Positions 8,882 through 19,055 are shown, counted from the stretch's first letter. The stretch: DNA of 64,000 bases from Actinomycetota bacterium (GCA_036847185.1 DAIUAM010000001.1:2331-66330), one strand, 5' to 3'. The notes: generated from the sequence alone by a model not told the origin. Numbers and translations: made by a program.

Positions 8882-10180
8882 TCACACGGGCTCCGTCGTC
8901 GAGCCGGGGCGGCGTTCGACCTTCTGCTTCAGCCGCGGCTTCAGCGTCTCCGGCGTCCTGAGCACCAGCACCAGCGCGAGCACCAGCGGCGCCGCCATCA
9001 GGGCGAACGCGCCCCTGAAGCCGAACGCACTCGCGCTGACCCCGGCCACCAGCGGTCCGAACACGAACCCGAGATCGCCGAAGAACCGGAACACGCCGAC
9101 CGCCGCACCGGATCCGCCCTCGGGCACCACGTCCGAGAGCATGGCGGCCGGCGCAACCGCCACGGAGCCGGACCCCAGACCGAGCAGCGCCATCAGGATG
9201 CCGAACACGATCGGGCCGGTCGCCCACCCGGTCGCCGCGATCATGACCGCGAACCAGCAGAGGGCAGGGATGAGCAGCCGCTTTCGACCGAACCGGTCCG
9301 CCAGCGCGCCGGCCGGGTACAGCGCGCAGAACTCCGTGGCGACGGCCACCGCGAGCACGGCGCCGATCCCGACCGTCGACATCCCGAGCCCGGACTGGCC
9401 GAACAGCGGGACGAGGGTGTCGTAGCCGCCGGCGATGACCCAGAAGAAGGCCATGTTCGCCACGACGGTGGTCACGAAGGTCCGCGACGAGAGCAGAACG
9501 CGGGCCTGGTGCCAAGCGCGTGAGACCGCGTTGCCCGGCGGGGAGGGCTCGGTCACGTCGGCCGGGCTGGGGGTGGCGACGGTCCGGGAGGGGTCGGGGA
9601 CGATCCGCCAGTAGAGGACGGCCGACAGCAGGCAGAGCCCCGCGTAGACGAACAGCGGGCTGCGAAGCCCAAGGAACTTCGCGACCAGGCCGCCGATCGG
9701 CCCACCGGCGATGAACCCGACGTTGAACGAGCCGTAGAAGACGCCGAGCGTGCGGGCCATGCGATGCTTCGGCACCACCTTCAGCATGTAGCTGTACAGG
9801 GCGGCGAACAGGACCGACGATCCGGCCCCGCCCAGGCCACGGAACACGACGGCCAGGAGGAAGTTCGGCGCGAGCCCCGTCGCCACCGATGTGACCCCGA
9901 CCACCAGCAGACCGACGGTGGCCGCCGCCCGCTCGCCCCACCGGTCGACAATGGGACCGGCCACCGGGTCGAACAGCAACCGGGTGAACGCGTATGAGGA
10001 GATCAGCAGCCCGGCCGCTTCGTAGCCGACACCGAAGGAACGCGCGTACAGGGGCAGGATCGGGGCGATGATGCCGAACCCGAGCATGATGAAGAACGTG
10101 ATGATCATGACCAGCCGGACCGCGGGGTCGGCGAGGATGGAACGGACCCCGATCTTCTCGGCCGGGCCCGCCTCCTCCAT
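8882..10180 (-). CDS. MFS transporter (DHA1-like)
   Basis: About 12 TM segments; motif A GPIVDRWGER and GALADRFGRKR. Confidence 0.92.
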   Translation of the reverse strand: MEEAGPAEKIGVRSILADPAVRLVMIITFFIMLGFGIIAPILPLYARSFGVGYEAAGLLISSYAFTRLLFDPVAGPIVDRWGERAAATVGLLVVGVTSVATGLAPNFLLAVVFRGLGGAGSSVLFAALYSYMLKVVPKHRMARTLGVFYGSFNVGFIAGGPIGGLVAKFLGLRSPLFVYAGLCLLSAVLYWRIVPDPSRTVATPSPADVTEPSPPGNAVSRAWHQARVLLSSRTFVTTVVANMAFFWVIAGGYDTLVPLFGQSGLGMSTVGIGAVLAVAVATEFCALYPAGALADRFGRKRLLIPALCWFAVMIAATGWATGPIVFGILMALLGLGSGSVAVAPAAMLSDVVPEGGSGAAVGVFRFFGDLGFVFGPLVAGVSASAFGFRGAFALMAAPLVLALVLVLRTPETLKPRLKQKVERRPGSTTEPV

Positions 10181-10189
10181 CTCGAGCTG

Positions 10190-10354
10190 TCAGGCCTTCG
10201 CGATGCGGGTTTCGGGGGCGCCCCGAAGAGCGGCGACCGGATCGATCGCTGCGCCCCCGAACCACCTCCGCGGGCCGCACGGCCTTGCTACGGTTCGCGC
10301 GATGGAGTCCAGCTCTGGCGGCGAGGCGGCCTCTTCGTCCCTGCGAGGGGTCAC
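10190..10354 (-). CDS. Small leaderless ORF (54 aa) upstream of the MFS gene
   Basis: TAGACT hexamer (10362-10367, minus strand) 7 nt before a GTG; MTPRRDEEAASPPELDSIARTVARPCGPRRWFGGAAIDPVAALRGAPETRIAKA; stop 9 nt before the MFS ATG. Confidence 0.45.
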   Translation of the reverse strand: MTPRRDEEAASPPELDSIARTVARPCGPRRWFGGAAIDPVAALRGAPETRIAKA

Positions 10355-10523
10355 GCGGCTCAGTCTACCGGCGGCCGGGGAGAGGCCCTGGGGCGACGCG
10401 GGAGCCGCGGAAGGAGCCGGAAAGAGTGCCGGAGAGGGGACTGCCCGCATGCCCCCTCTCCGGCGAGGCGCAGCGCCCGAGCGCCCTCCCGTGCGCTGCA
10501 TGCCTGCCGGCGAGCCGGCAGGG

Positions 10524-10536
10524 TTGTCGTATACAG
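10524..10536. promoter_or_regulatory. Possible HutC/GntR-type operator upstream of hutI
   Basis: TTGTCGTATACAG, an imperfect TGT...ACA palindrome about 40 nt upstream of the hutI ATG; resembles the TGTA-N2-TACA HutC site. Confidence 0.35.
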
Positions 10537-10576
10537 CGGGCAGGCGTGTGAGTCATCGGCAGGATGGGAGTTCGGC

Positions 10577-11845
10577 ATGAGTCCGGAGAAGGACGAATCT
10601 GCGGGTCCAGGCCTGGTGCTCACACCCGCCCTCGTCACCGCGGCCGCATCTCCCGCACCGTTGCGCGGGGAGTCGCTGCGCTCGGTCGCGGTGATCCCCG
10701 ATGCGGCCCTAGCCTGGGACGAAGCCGGCACGGTGACGTTCGCGGGCCCCGCCTTCGACCTGCCGGGCCGCATGCGGGCGGAGCGTCCCGTCGTGGTCTC
10801 GGGGGCCGTACTGCCGGGGTTCGTGGACTGTCACACCCACGTGCCATTCTTCGGCTGGCGGGCCGACGAGTTCGAGGCCCGGCTGGCAGGTCGAACGTAC
10901 CGGGACCTCCACTCCGGGGAGGGCGGAGGGATCTTCCGGAGCGCCCGCCTGCTTGCGGGCGCGAGCGACGAGGAGGTGATCGAGTTCTGCCGGCCGCTGG
11001 CCCGGGAGATGGCGGCTCACGGGACGACGGCCATCGAATTGAAGACGGGATACGGGCTATCGGTGGAGGCCGAACTGCGCCAGGCCCGGCTGGCCCGGCT
11101 GCTGGCCTCGGAGATCCCGCAGACGGCGACCGTCACCCTGCTGGCGTGCCACGCGGTCCCGCACGACCGATCGCGTGCGGAGTGGGTCGACCAGGTCTGC
11201 AGCGAGCTGATCCCCGCGACCGCCTCGGAAGGCCTGGCCGACATGGTCGATGTCTACGTCGAGGACATCGCCTTCACCGTGGAGGACCTGCGGCGGATCT
11301 CCGAGGTTGCCCGGGAGCACGGGATGGTGACGCGATGCCATGCGGACCAGCTGGGCTGGTCGGGAGCTGCAGAGGAGGCGGTGCGGCTTGGGCTTCGAAG
11401 CGCCGACCACCTCAACCACGTGAGCCCGGAGGGCGTCGCGGCGCTGGGCGGCGCGGAGGCCACGGCCGCCGTGCTGCTGCCGGTGTCCACGCTGTTCCTC
11501 AGCGCCACGCCGCCAGAGGTCGGCGCGCTCCTGGAGGCGGGCGCTGCCGTCACGCTGGCCACCGATTTCAATCCGGGCACCTCCCCGTGCCTCTCCATGC
11601 CCGAGGTCCTGGCGGTCGCTTCGGCCCTCTACCGGCTCCCCACGCCGGCCGCGATCGGGGCAGCCACCCTGAACGGCGCGTGGGTGCTGGGGCTGCACGA
11701 CCGGCTGGGCTCGCTCGAGCCCGGGAAGCGGGCAGATTTCGTCGTGCTGGACACCGCGGACCCGGCGATGATCGCGTACCGGCCCGGCCACAACCCGGTG
11801 GCCCAGACGTGGATCGGTGGACGGGCCGTGTTCGGCACCGCCTGA
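10577..11845 (+). CDS. hutI: Imidazolonepropionase
   Basis: PGFVDCHTHVPF, GTTAIELKTGYGL, HADQL, SADHL, ATDFNPGTSP. Confidence 0.95.
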   Translation: MSPEKDESAGPGLVLTPALVTAAASPAPLRGESLRSVAVIPDAALAWDEAGTVTFAGPAFDLPGRMRAERPVVVSGAVLPGFVDCHTHVPFFGWRADEFEARLAGRTYRDLHSGEGGGIFRSARLLAGASDEEVIEFCRPLAREMAAHGTTAIELKTGYGLSVEAELRQARLARLLASEIPQTATVTLLACHAVPHDRSRAEWVDQVCSELIPATASEGLADMVDVYVEDIAFTVEDLRRISEVAREHGMVTRCHADQLGWSGAAEEAVRLGLRSADHLNHVSPEGVAALGGAEATAAVLLPVSTLFLSATPPEVGALLEAGAAVTLATDFNPGTSPCLSMPEVLAVASALYRLPTPAAIGAATLNGAWVLGLHDRLGSLEPGKRADFVVLDTADPAMIAYRPGHNPVAQTWIGGRAVFGTA

Positions 11846-11859
11846 GCGTCGCCTGCCCC

Positions 11860-13386
11860 TCAGCCCAGCGCGCCGGTCACCGCTTCCACGGCCGCCGTGA
11901 GCGCGCCCGACCTGACCAGCTCCACTGCGGCGTCCACGTCGGGCTTCAGCTCGCGGCTCTCGCGGAGGGCGGGGATGACTTCGCGGAACGCGGCCAGGGC
12001 AGCCGAGGCCGCCGCGCTGGGGCGGAGCGGCGCTCGAAGGTCCAGCGCCTGAGCGGCGGCGAGCGCCTCGAGGGCCACCACCACCTCGGCGTTCCCGGTG
12101 CACTCCCGGGCGTGGCGGGCCGCGGTCATCCCCATGCTCACGTGGTCCTCCTGCCCGGCAGAGGAGGTGATCGAATCGACCGACGCCGGGTGGGCGAGCG
12201 TCTTCGACTCCGAGACGATCGATGCCGCCGTGTACTGGACGATCATGAACCCGGACTGAACGCCCGAGTGCTCGACCAGGAAGGCGGGGAGACCGTTGTT
12301 CGTGCCGGCGTCGAGCAGGCGGTACAGCCGGCGCTCGGAGATCGACGCGAGCCCCACCGTCGCCAGAGCCAGCGCGTCCAGGGCCACGGCCACCGGCTGC
12401 CCGTGGAAGTTCCCTCCGGAGACCACCTCGCCCGTGTCCGCGAACACGATCGGGTTGTCGGAGATCGATCCCATCTCGATCTCCATGACGCGCTCGGCCT
12501 GCGCAAGAACGTCGCGGTAGGCCCCGTGGACCACCGGCGCGCACCGGAGCGAGTACGCGTCCTGCACCAGGTGCGGGCTCTCCCGGTGCGAGGCGACGAT
12601 CGGGCTGCCGGCCATCAGCCGGCGGAGGTTCGACGCCGAAACCTGCTGGCCGGGATGCGGACGGAGGCGATGGAGCCGCTCGTCGAACGGGCGATCGGTC
12701 GCGAGGATCGCTTCCATGGTCATCGCCGCCACGACGTCGCCCGCCTTCGCCAGCGCCCGCCCACGTGCCGACGCGAGCACCCCGACGCTCAGCATGGCCT
12801 GCGTGCCGTTGACCAGCGCCAGGCCTTCCTTCGGCTCGAGCTGGATGGGCTGCATGCCCGCCCGGCCGAGGGCCATCGCTCCGGGCATGGACTCACCCCG
12901 GTAGGAGACCTGGCCCTCCCCGATCAGCGGGAGCGCCAGGTGGGCGAGCGGCGCGAGGTCGCCCGAAGCCCCGAGCGAGCCCTGCTCGGGCACCACGGGC
13001 AGCAGGTCCTGGTTCAGGAAATCGATCAGTCGCTCGGCCACCAGCGGCCGGACGCCCGAGTACCCGAGGGCCAGGACGTGCGCCCGAAGCAGGAGCATCG
13101 CCCGAACCTCCCACTCGGCCAGCGCCGGGCCCACGCCGACCGCGTGCGAGCGGAGCAGGTCGTGTTGGAGCAGTCGGATCTGGTCGCGCTCGAGCCGGAC
13201 GGTGGCCAGGCTCCCCAGACCGGTGTTCACGCCGTACACCGTCTCGCCGGCTTCGGCCTTCCGTTCGACCACCCGGTGGGATGCTTCCATGCGCTCCCGG
13301 GCTCCCGCCGAGAGCTCCACGGGTTCGCCGCGAGCCACGGCCACGACGTCGGCGATCGTGAGCGGCTCCCCCACCAGGACTGGCAT
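11860..13386 (-). CDS. hutH: Histidine ammonia-lyase
   Basis: VYGVNTGLG, GSLGASGDLAPL (MIO-forming ASG), KEGLALVNGTQ, QDAYSLRC, GGNFHGQP, QEDHVSMG. Confidence 0.96.
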   Translation of the reverse strand: MPVLVGEPLTIADVVAVARGEPVELSAGARERMEASHRVVERKAEAGETVYGVNTGLGSLATVRLERDQIRLLQHDLLRSHAVGVGPALAEWEVRAMLLLRAHVLALGYSGVRPLVAERLIDFLNQDLLPVVPEQGSLGASGDLAPLAHLALPLIGEGQVSYRGESMPGAMALGRAGMQPIQLEPKEGLALVNGTQAMLSVGVLASARGRALAKAGDVVAAMTMEAILATDRPFDERLHRLRPHPGQQVSASNLRRLMAGSPIVASHRESPHLVQDAYSLRCAPVVHGAYRDVLAQAERVMEIEMGSISDNPIVFADTGEVVSGGNFHGQPVAVALDALALATVGLASISERRLYRLLDAGTNNGLPAFLVEHSGVQSGFMIVQYTAASIVSESKTLAHPASVDSITSSAGQEDHVSMGMTAARHARECTGNAEVVVALEALAAAQALDLRAPLRPSAAASAALAAFREVIPALRESRELKPDVDAAVELVRSGALTAAVEAVTGALG

Positions 13387-13491
13387 CGCGTGGAGGCTAG
13401 CCGCGCGGAGTGGCCACCCGCAACCGCATCGGGACGCGCCGGCACGAAGCCGGCCGGTCCTTCCGCCCGCCGGTGCGCGATGATGGTCCCC

Positions 13492-14478
13492 ATGCGGATC
13501 CTGTCTCGCCGGGAGGTCGAGTCGCTCCTCGATCTCGATCGCCTGATCGACGCTCTGGCCGAAGCCATGACCGACCTGTCCGCCGGGCGCGCTTCGATGC
13601 CTCCGCGAACGGCGGCCATGGTCCCCGAACGCGGATCCCTCCTCGGCGTGATGCCGGCCTACCTCCCCTCGAAGGGCGCCCTGGTGACGAAGCTGGTCAG
13701 CCTGTTCCCCGGCAACGCCGGCACCACGATCCCGACCCACCAGGCCGTGATCGCTGTGTTCGACCCGGAGACCGGCTCCCCGGTCGCGCTGATGGACGGC
13801 ACCGCCATCACCGCGATCCGGACGGCGGCGGGGTCGGCGCTCGCCACGCGGCTGCTGGCCCGGAGCGTGCCCACGGCGCTGGCCATCGTCGGCGCCGGCG
13901 TCCAGGCCGGAACGCACGCCAGACTGATCCCTCGGGTTCGGACCGTCACGGAGATCCGGGTGGCCGGCCGGTCCCCCGCGCGCGCCGAAGCCCTCGCCGC
14001 GCGGCTGGGCGACGAACTGCCGATCCCCGTTCGGATCTGCCCCTCCGGCGAAAAGGCCGTGGAGGGAGCCGGGATCGTGTGCCTCGCCACCCACGCCGAG
14101 GAACCGGTCATCCGCCGCGCCTGGCTGGCGCCCGGCGCGCACGTGAACTCGGTCGGCCTCAACCCGAACGGCCGGGAGATCGACGCCGACACGGTCCGCG
14201 ACTCGGCGGTGTTCGTCGAGTCCCGCGCCTCCGCGCTGGCTCCCTTCCCGGCCGGCGCGAACGACCTGACCTGGCCGATCCGCGACGGCGTCATCACCGA
14301 AGATCACATCCGCGCGGAGATCGGCGAGGTGGCCGGCGGCGAACGGCCGGGTCGAACCGGGGATGAGGAGCTCACGTTGTACAAATCGGTCGGCGTGGCG
14401 GTGCAGGATGCCGCGGCCGCCGCGCTGGTCCTGAAGGAAGCGACGGCTCGGGGCATCGGCGTGGAGGTCGAGCTATGA
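13492..14478 (+). CDS. Ornithine cyclodeaminase / mu-crystallin family imine reductase
   Basis: MPAYL...KLVSLFPGN, ITAIRTAAGSA, GAGVQA, LYKSVGVAVQD. Confidence 0.9.
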   Translation: MRILSRREVESLLDLDRLIDALAEAMTDLSAGRASMPPRTAAMVPERGSLLGVMPAYLPSKGALVTKLVSLFPGNAGTTIPTHQAVIAVFDPETGSPVALMDGTAITAIRTAAGSALATRLLARSVPTALAIVGAGVQAGTHARLIPRVRTVTEIRVAGRSPARAEALAARLGDELPIPVRICPSGEKAVEGAGIVCLATHAEEPVIRRAWLAPGAHVNSVGLNPNGREIDADTVRDSAVFVESRASALAPFPAGANDLTWPIRDGVITEDHIRAEIGEVAGGERPGRTGDEELTLYKSVGVAVQDAAAAALVLKEATARGIGVEVEL

Positions 14479-15815
14479 CCATGGTCAGCGCCGAGCTCGT
14501 CTTCGCGGGCGACCGCTGGCACCGCCGGCACGCCTTCGTCCTGCAGGGCGGGCGGATCCTTGCCGCCGGCGAGCCGCGGGAGATGGCCGAGACGTTCCCC
14601 GGCCACGAGCGTGAGGATTGGGGCGACGTGGCCGTCCTTCCCGGCACGGTCAACGGCCACGCTCACTCGTTCCAGACCCTGTTCCGCGGCCGGGGCGATG
14701 ACCTCTCCTTCAATGCGTGGCGCGACCGCGTCCTGTATCCACTGTCCGAGACGCTCGACCGGGACGCGATCCGGACGGGAGCGCTGTTCGACTTCGCTGA
14801 GATGGCGAAGGCCGGCATCACCACCGCCGTCGACTTCTTCTATCTGCACGACCATGGCATCGAGAACGACCTGGCGGTCGTGGAGGCCGCCCGGGAGGTG
14901 GGCATCCGACTGGTGCTGGCGCGTTCGATGTACGACTGGACCGGCGCGCCGAAGCGCTACCAGGAGTCGGTGGCCGAAGCGGCGTCGAACGTGCGCGTGC
15001 TGGCCGCCGAACTCCGCGGGGATCGGACCGCGTTCGTCCAGCCGGCGCCGCATTCGGTCCGAGCCGCCAGTCCCGACATGATCCGGGAGGGCGCCCGGCT
15101 GGCGGAGGAGCTCGGCGTGCCCTTCCACATCCACGTGGCGGAGCGGCGGGACGAGCTTGAGGGGTCGATCGAACGGACCGGCCTGACCCCGGTTGCCTTC
15201 CTCGACTCCCTGGGCGTGCTCTCCCCGCACACCGTGCTCGTCCACTGCGTGTGGGTGGACGAACGCGACCTGGGCCTGATCGCCGACCGCGGCGCGCGGA
15301 TCGTCCACAACCCGGGAGCGAATGCGTTCCTTGGCGACGGCATCGCCCCGCTCCGAGGGATGCTGGAGCGCGGCATCCCGGTCTGCCTGGGAACCGACGG
15401 CGGCTGCACGAACAATCGGCAGTCGATCTTCGAGGAGATGCGGATGGCCGCGCTTCTGGCCAAGGTTCGCGCCGGGGACGGTTCGGCACTCGGCGCGGAG
15501 ACGGCTCTGCTGCTCGGGACGGCGCGGGGCGGCGAGGTCCTCGGCCTTCCGGTCGGACGGATCGCCGCCGACCATGCAGCGGACTTCGTGGTGATCGACC
15601 TTGCCGCGCTCTCCGTTCAACCAAGCGCGACCGGCGAGAAGCAGATCATCTACGCGATGCAACCGGACGCGATCGCCCGGGTCATCGTCGGCGGCGAGAC
15701 GATCGTGGAGCGCGGCCGGCTCACGCGGGTGGACGAGCGCGAGATCGTCGGCAAGGTCCGAGCGGTGGCCGGGTCCTTCGGCACGAGCCTCGATCGGGTG
15801 GACGCCGGCGTCTGA
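14475..15815 (+). CDS. Metal-dependent amidohydrolase/deaminase (HutF or MTA/SAH-deaminase-like)
   Basis: PGTVNGHAHSFQ, APHSVR, FHIHVAE, LVHCVW, LGTDG; ATGA overlap with the OCD-like gene. Confidence 0.85.
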   Translation: MTMVSAELVFAGDRWHRRHAFVLQGGRILAAGEPREMAETFPGHEREDWGDVAVLPGTVNGHAHSFQTLFRGRGDDLSFNAWRDRVLYPLSETLDRDAIRTGALFDFAEMAKAGITTAVDFFYLHDHGIENDLAVVEAAREVGIRLVLARSMYDWTGAPKRYQESVAEAASNVRVLAAELRGDRTAFVQPAPHSVRAASPDMIREGARLAEELGVPFHIHVAERRDELEGSIERTGLTPVAFLDSLGVLSPHTVLVHCVWVDERDLGLIADRGARIVHNPGANAFLGDGIAPLRGMLERGIPVCLGTDGGCTNNRQSIFEEMRMAALLAKVRAGDGSALGAETALLLGTARGGEVLGLPVGRIAADHAADFVVIDLAALSVQPSATGEKQIIYAMQPDAIARVIVGGETIVERGRLTRVDEREIVGKVRAVAGSFGTSLDRVDAGV

Positions 15816-15890
15816 GCCGGTACTCCCCCTTTGGCGCCCGGCCACGCAGCCGAGTAGCATCACGAAGCCCCAAACAGGAGGAGGGAGCCA

Positions 15891-17672
15891 ATGAGAAGAT
15901 CCGTCGTGGCCATCGCCGTCGTCGGTGCGATGGTCGCTCTCGTTTCGAACGCCTTCGGTTCGACACCCGGGGCCGACGTGCGCCTGAGTCAAGACGCGTC
16001 GGCGGGTGGGTACGTGAGCGCGTACACGCTCGGAACCGGCAACGCCTATACGGACCCGACGCTCCAGGAATGCTCGATCTCCCGCGGCCGGCAGAACGAG
16101 CCTGCCGTGGGCGTTGATCCTCGGGACACCCGCGTCATCATCGGGAGCTCCAACGACTACTGCGGCGTGTATGCGCCGCCCGGCGACCCCACGACGGGCA
16201 ACCCGGCGGGGCCGGTCTGGCTCGGGTATTACCGGTCCGAGAACAGCGGATCGAGCTTCGTCAGCTCCCTGGTTCCGGGCTATCCCGGCGACGTCTCGCC
16301 CTTTGCGTCGCTCGCCCACATCGACACCGACAGCTCGGGCGACCCCGTCATCGCGTGGGACGCCCACGGCCGCGCGTTCATGGGCTCGGAGAGTGACACG
16401 GGCACGGACGACAGCAACGGCGACGTGTGGGTGGCCCGCTACGCGAATTCGGGCGGCGGCACGATCAACGACGGCAAGCTCTACCAGGGAACCGTGACGG
16501 TGGGCCAGGGGTCCCAATCCCCCTTCCTGCTCGGGAAGTTCAACGACAAGACGGCGATCGAGGCCGACCACTCGGGCGGTCCGTTCGACGGCAATGTCTA
16601 CTTCGCCTGGGCCCGTTTCACGGGCGGCAAGATCTCAAACATCTACTTCGTTCGCTCCACCGACCACGGCGTGACGTTCTCCAAGCCGATGAACCTCACC
16701 CCCCGGAACGGGAACCTCCAGGACCCGGAGATCTCGGTCACGGCAGGCGGCGACGTCTACGTGACGTTCGACACATTCGCCTCGAACAACGGCCAGCCGT
16801 TCGGACTCTGGATCACGAAGTCGACCGACGGCGGCCAGACATTCTCGCCGCCAACGCTCGTCACCACGTATCTGCCGGTCGACGCACAGGACACCGCCGT
16901 GAGCGGCGGGTCGGCCCGGGATTGCGGCTCTCTCAGCGCCGCGTGCCTCTCCGGCTACACGTTCTTCCGCCACACGACGTCACTGCGGTCGACGGCCGAC
17001 CAGTACGACACGGCGCACCAGTACATCTACCTGGTGTACGGCGCGGTGAAACCCGGGACGGACCTCAGCACCGGGACCACGTTCGGCATCGAGTCGGCCG
17101 GCGTGGGCGGCCAGGAGACCGCGTACTTCGTCCGGTACGACGGGGCCACGGGGACACACACCGCTCCCGTGCCGCTGCGGAACGAGGCGGTGGGCCACCA
17201 GATCTTCCCGGACATCTCCGCCGACGGCGGGGTGCTCCACGCGATGTGGTGGGACACCCGGAACGACCCGACGTACTCGCCCGCGCGGCCGCCGGGCAAC
17301 GACGCCTCCGGGCTCACCGTCCCCGCGCTCGACGTCTACGCCAGGTCGTCGACGAACCAAGGAGCCAGCTGGTCGACGCCTGCGAAGATCACCGACGTCC
17401 GATCCAACGGAAACTACGAGCAGTTCTCGAATCGTACGGTACCGTTCGGCGGCGACTACCTGTACGTGAGCTCGTTCGGCAGCTTCGCCTTCGGAACGTG
17501 GACCGACTGGCGGAACGTGGTCGCCGGCACCGACCCCCGCGAGAGCGGCGGCGACGACGCGGACGTGAAGCAATGCCGAGCCTTCGATCCCCCCACCGGG
17601 ACGTACGGGCCCGACACCTGTCCCCACGCCGGCGGGCTGGATCAGAACATCTACGGCGACCTGCTGCCATAA
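15891..17672 (+). CDS. Secreted BNR/Asp-box repeat (sialidase-fold-like) protein
   Basis: N-terminal signal peptide; Asp-boxes RSENSGSSF, RSTDHGVTFS, KSTDGGQTFS, SSTNQGASWS; AGGAGGAGG RBS. Confidence 0.75.
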   Translation: MRRSVVAIAVVGAMVALVSNAFGSTPGADVRLSQDASAGGYVSAYTLGTGNAYTDPTLQECSISRGRQNEPAVGVDPRDTRVIIGSSNDYCGVYAPPGDPTTGNPAGPVWLGYYRSENSGSSFVSSLVPGYPGDVSPFASLAHIDTDSSGDPVIAWDAHGRAFMGSESDTGTDDSNGDVWVARYANSGGGTINDGKLYQGTVTVGQGSQSPFLLGKFNDKTAIEADHSGGPFDGNVYFAWARFTGGKISNIYFVRSTDHGVTFSKPMNLTPRNGNLQDPEISVTAGGDVYVTFDTFASNNGQPFGLWITKSTDGGQTFSPPTLVTTYLPVDAQDTAVSGGSARDCGSLSAACLSGYTFFRHTTSLRSTADQYDTAHQYIYLVYGAVKPGTDLSTGTTFGIESAGVGGQETAYFVRYDGATGTHTAPVPLRNEAVGHQIFPDISADGGVLHAMWWDTRNDPTYSPARPPGNDASGLTVPALDVYARSSTNQGASWSTPAKITDVRSNGNYEQFSNRTVPFGGDYLYVSSFGSFAFGTWTDWRNVVAGTDPRESGGDDADVKQCRAFDPPTGTYGPDTCPHAGGLDQNIYGDLLP

Positions 17673-17695
17673 CGGTCGCCTTGCCGTGGCGCCAC

Positions 17696-17731
17696 GTCGG
17701 CGCCGGGGAGCTTCGGCTCCCCGGCGCCGAC
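17696..17731. terminator. Perfect 16-bp hairpin with TTCG tetraloop between convergent genes (bidirectional terminator-like)
   Basis: GTCGGCGCCGGGGAGC-TTCG-GCTCCCCGGCGCCGAC. Confidence 0.8.
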
Positions 17732-17735
17732 CGCG

Positions 17736-19055
17736 CTAGGGCTCCCCGCCCTCCACCCGGATCACCGACTCGACCGACCCAACCGAATCGATCGCGCGCA
17801 ACTCCCCCACGCAGGCCCGAAGGTCCCGTTCGGCCGCCCGGTGCGTGATCAGGACGAGCCGGGCCTGTTCGGCGTACCCCTCCTGCCACACGGACTTGAT
17901 CGACACCTCGTGCCGGGCGAACGCGGTGGCGATCGAGGCGAGCACGCCCGGCCGGTCGACCACGCGGAGCAGGATGTAGTACTGCCCCTGGAGCTCCTCG
18001 ATGGGCTTCAGCCGGCGGGTGCCGTGGACGCCGTGCGCCGCATGCCCCAGCGCCGTGAGCTGACCGAACACCCCGGCCCGCCGGTTCCGAGCCAGCTCGA
18101 TCAGGTCGCCAACCACCGACGTGGCCGTTGGGTCACCGCCGGCGCCGCGCCCGGACAGCATCACCGCCCCGACCTTCTCCCCTTCGATGAACACGGCATT
18201 GAAGCTCTCCCGGACCGACGCCAGCGGATGCTCGCGCGGGATCATCGCGGGGTGGACTCGAACGGCCACGTCACCATCGGCGACTTCAGCGATCGCCAGC
18301 AGCTTCACCACGTAGCCGAGCCTCGCGGCGAAGGCGATGTCGTCCGCCGTGACGCCGGCGATCCCTTCCCGGTACACGTCGGAGGCCACCACCGGCAGGT
18401 CGAACGCGATCGTCGCCAGGATCGCGGCCTTCGCCGCCGCGTCGAACCCCTCCACGTCCGCGGTCGGGTCGGCTTCCGCGTAGCCCAGCGACCGGGCTTC
18501 GTCCAGCGCCTCCTCTCGGGAGAGTCCCGACTCCGTCATCCGCGTCAGAATGAAGTTCGTGGTGCCGTTGACGATCCCCATGAACCGCAGGATGCGGTCC
18601 CCGGCCAGGCTCTCCCGGAGCGGCCGGATCAACGGGATGCCGCCACCCACCGCCGCCTCGTACAAGAGGTCGACCCCGGCTCGAGCGGCGGCGTCGAAGA
18701 TCTCCCCCCCGGCGGTGGACAGCAGCTCCTTGTTCGCCGTGACCACGGGTTTCCCGGCCTCCAGGGCCGCGAGGATCAACGATCGGGCGGGCTCGATCCC
18801 TCCCATCACCTCGACCACCACGTCCACCGACGGGTCTGCGACCACCGCGACCGCATCCGAGGTGAAGAGGCCGGGCGCCACCGGTGCGTCGCGGTCGATC
18901 TCCGGGTGCCGAACCGCCACCCGGGCCAGTTGGATCGGCGTCCCTGCCCGCCGGGCGATGTCCGGCGCGTGCTCGTGCAGGATCCGGGCCACCGCCGCGC
19001 CCACGTTCCCGCAGCCGAGCAGCCCGATCCGCATCGGATCGCCGCCGGAAGCCAT
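17736..19055 (-). CDS. hom: Homoserine dehydrogenase with C-terminal ACT domain
   Basis: IGLLGCGNVG, VVTANK, YEAAVGGGIP, GIVNGTTNFIL, GYAEADP..DVEGFDAAAK, DRPGVLASIA. Alternative start at 19034. Confidence 0.95.
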   Translation of the reverse strand: MASGGDPMRIGLLGCGNVGAAVARILHEHAPDIARRAGTPIQLARVAVRHPEIDRDAPVAPGLFTSDAVAVVADPSVDVVVEVMGGIEPARSLILAALEAGKPVVTANKELLSTAGGEIFDAAARAGVDLLYEAAVGGGIPLIRPLRESLAGDRILRFMGIVNGTTNFILTRMTESGLSREEALDEARSLGYAEADPTADVEGFDAAAKAAILATIAFDLPVVASDVYREGIAGVTADDIAFAARLGYVVKLLAIAEVADGDVAVRVHPAMIPREHPLASVRESFNAVFIEGEKVGAVMLSGRGAGGDPTATSVVGDLIELARNRRAGVFGQLTALGHAAHGVHGTRRLKPIEELQGQYYILLRVVDRPGVLASIATAFARHEVSIKSVWQEGYAEQARLVLITHRAAERDLRACVGELRAIDSVGSVESVIRVEGGEP

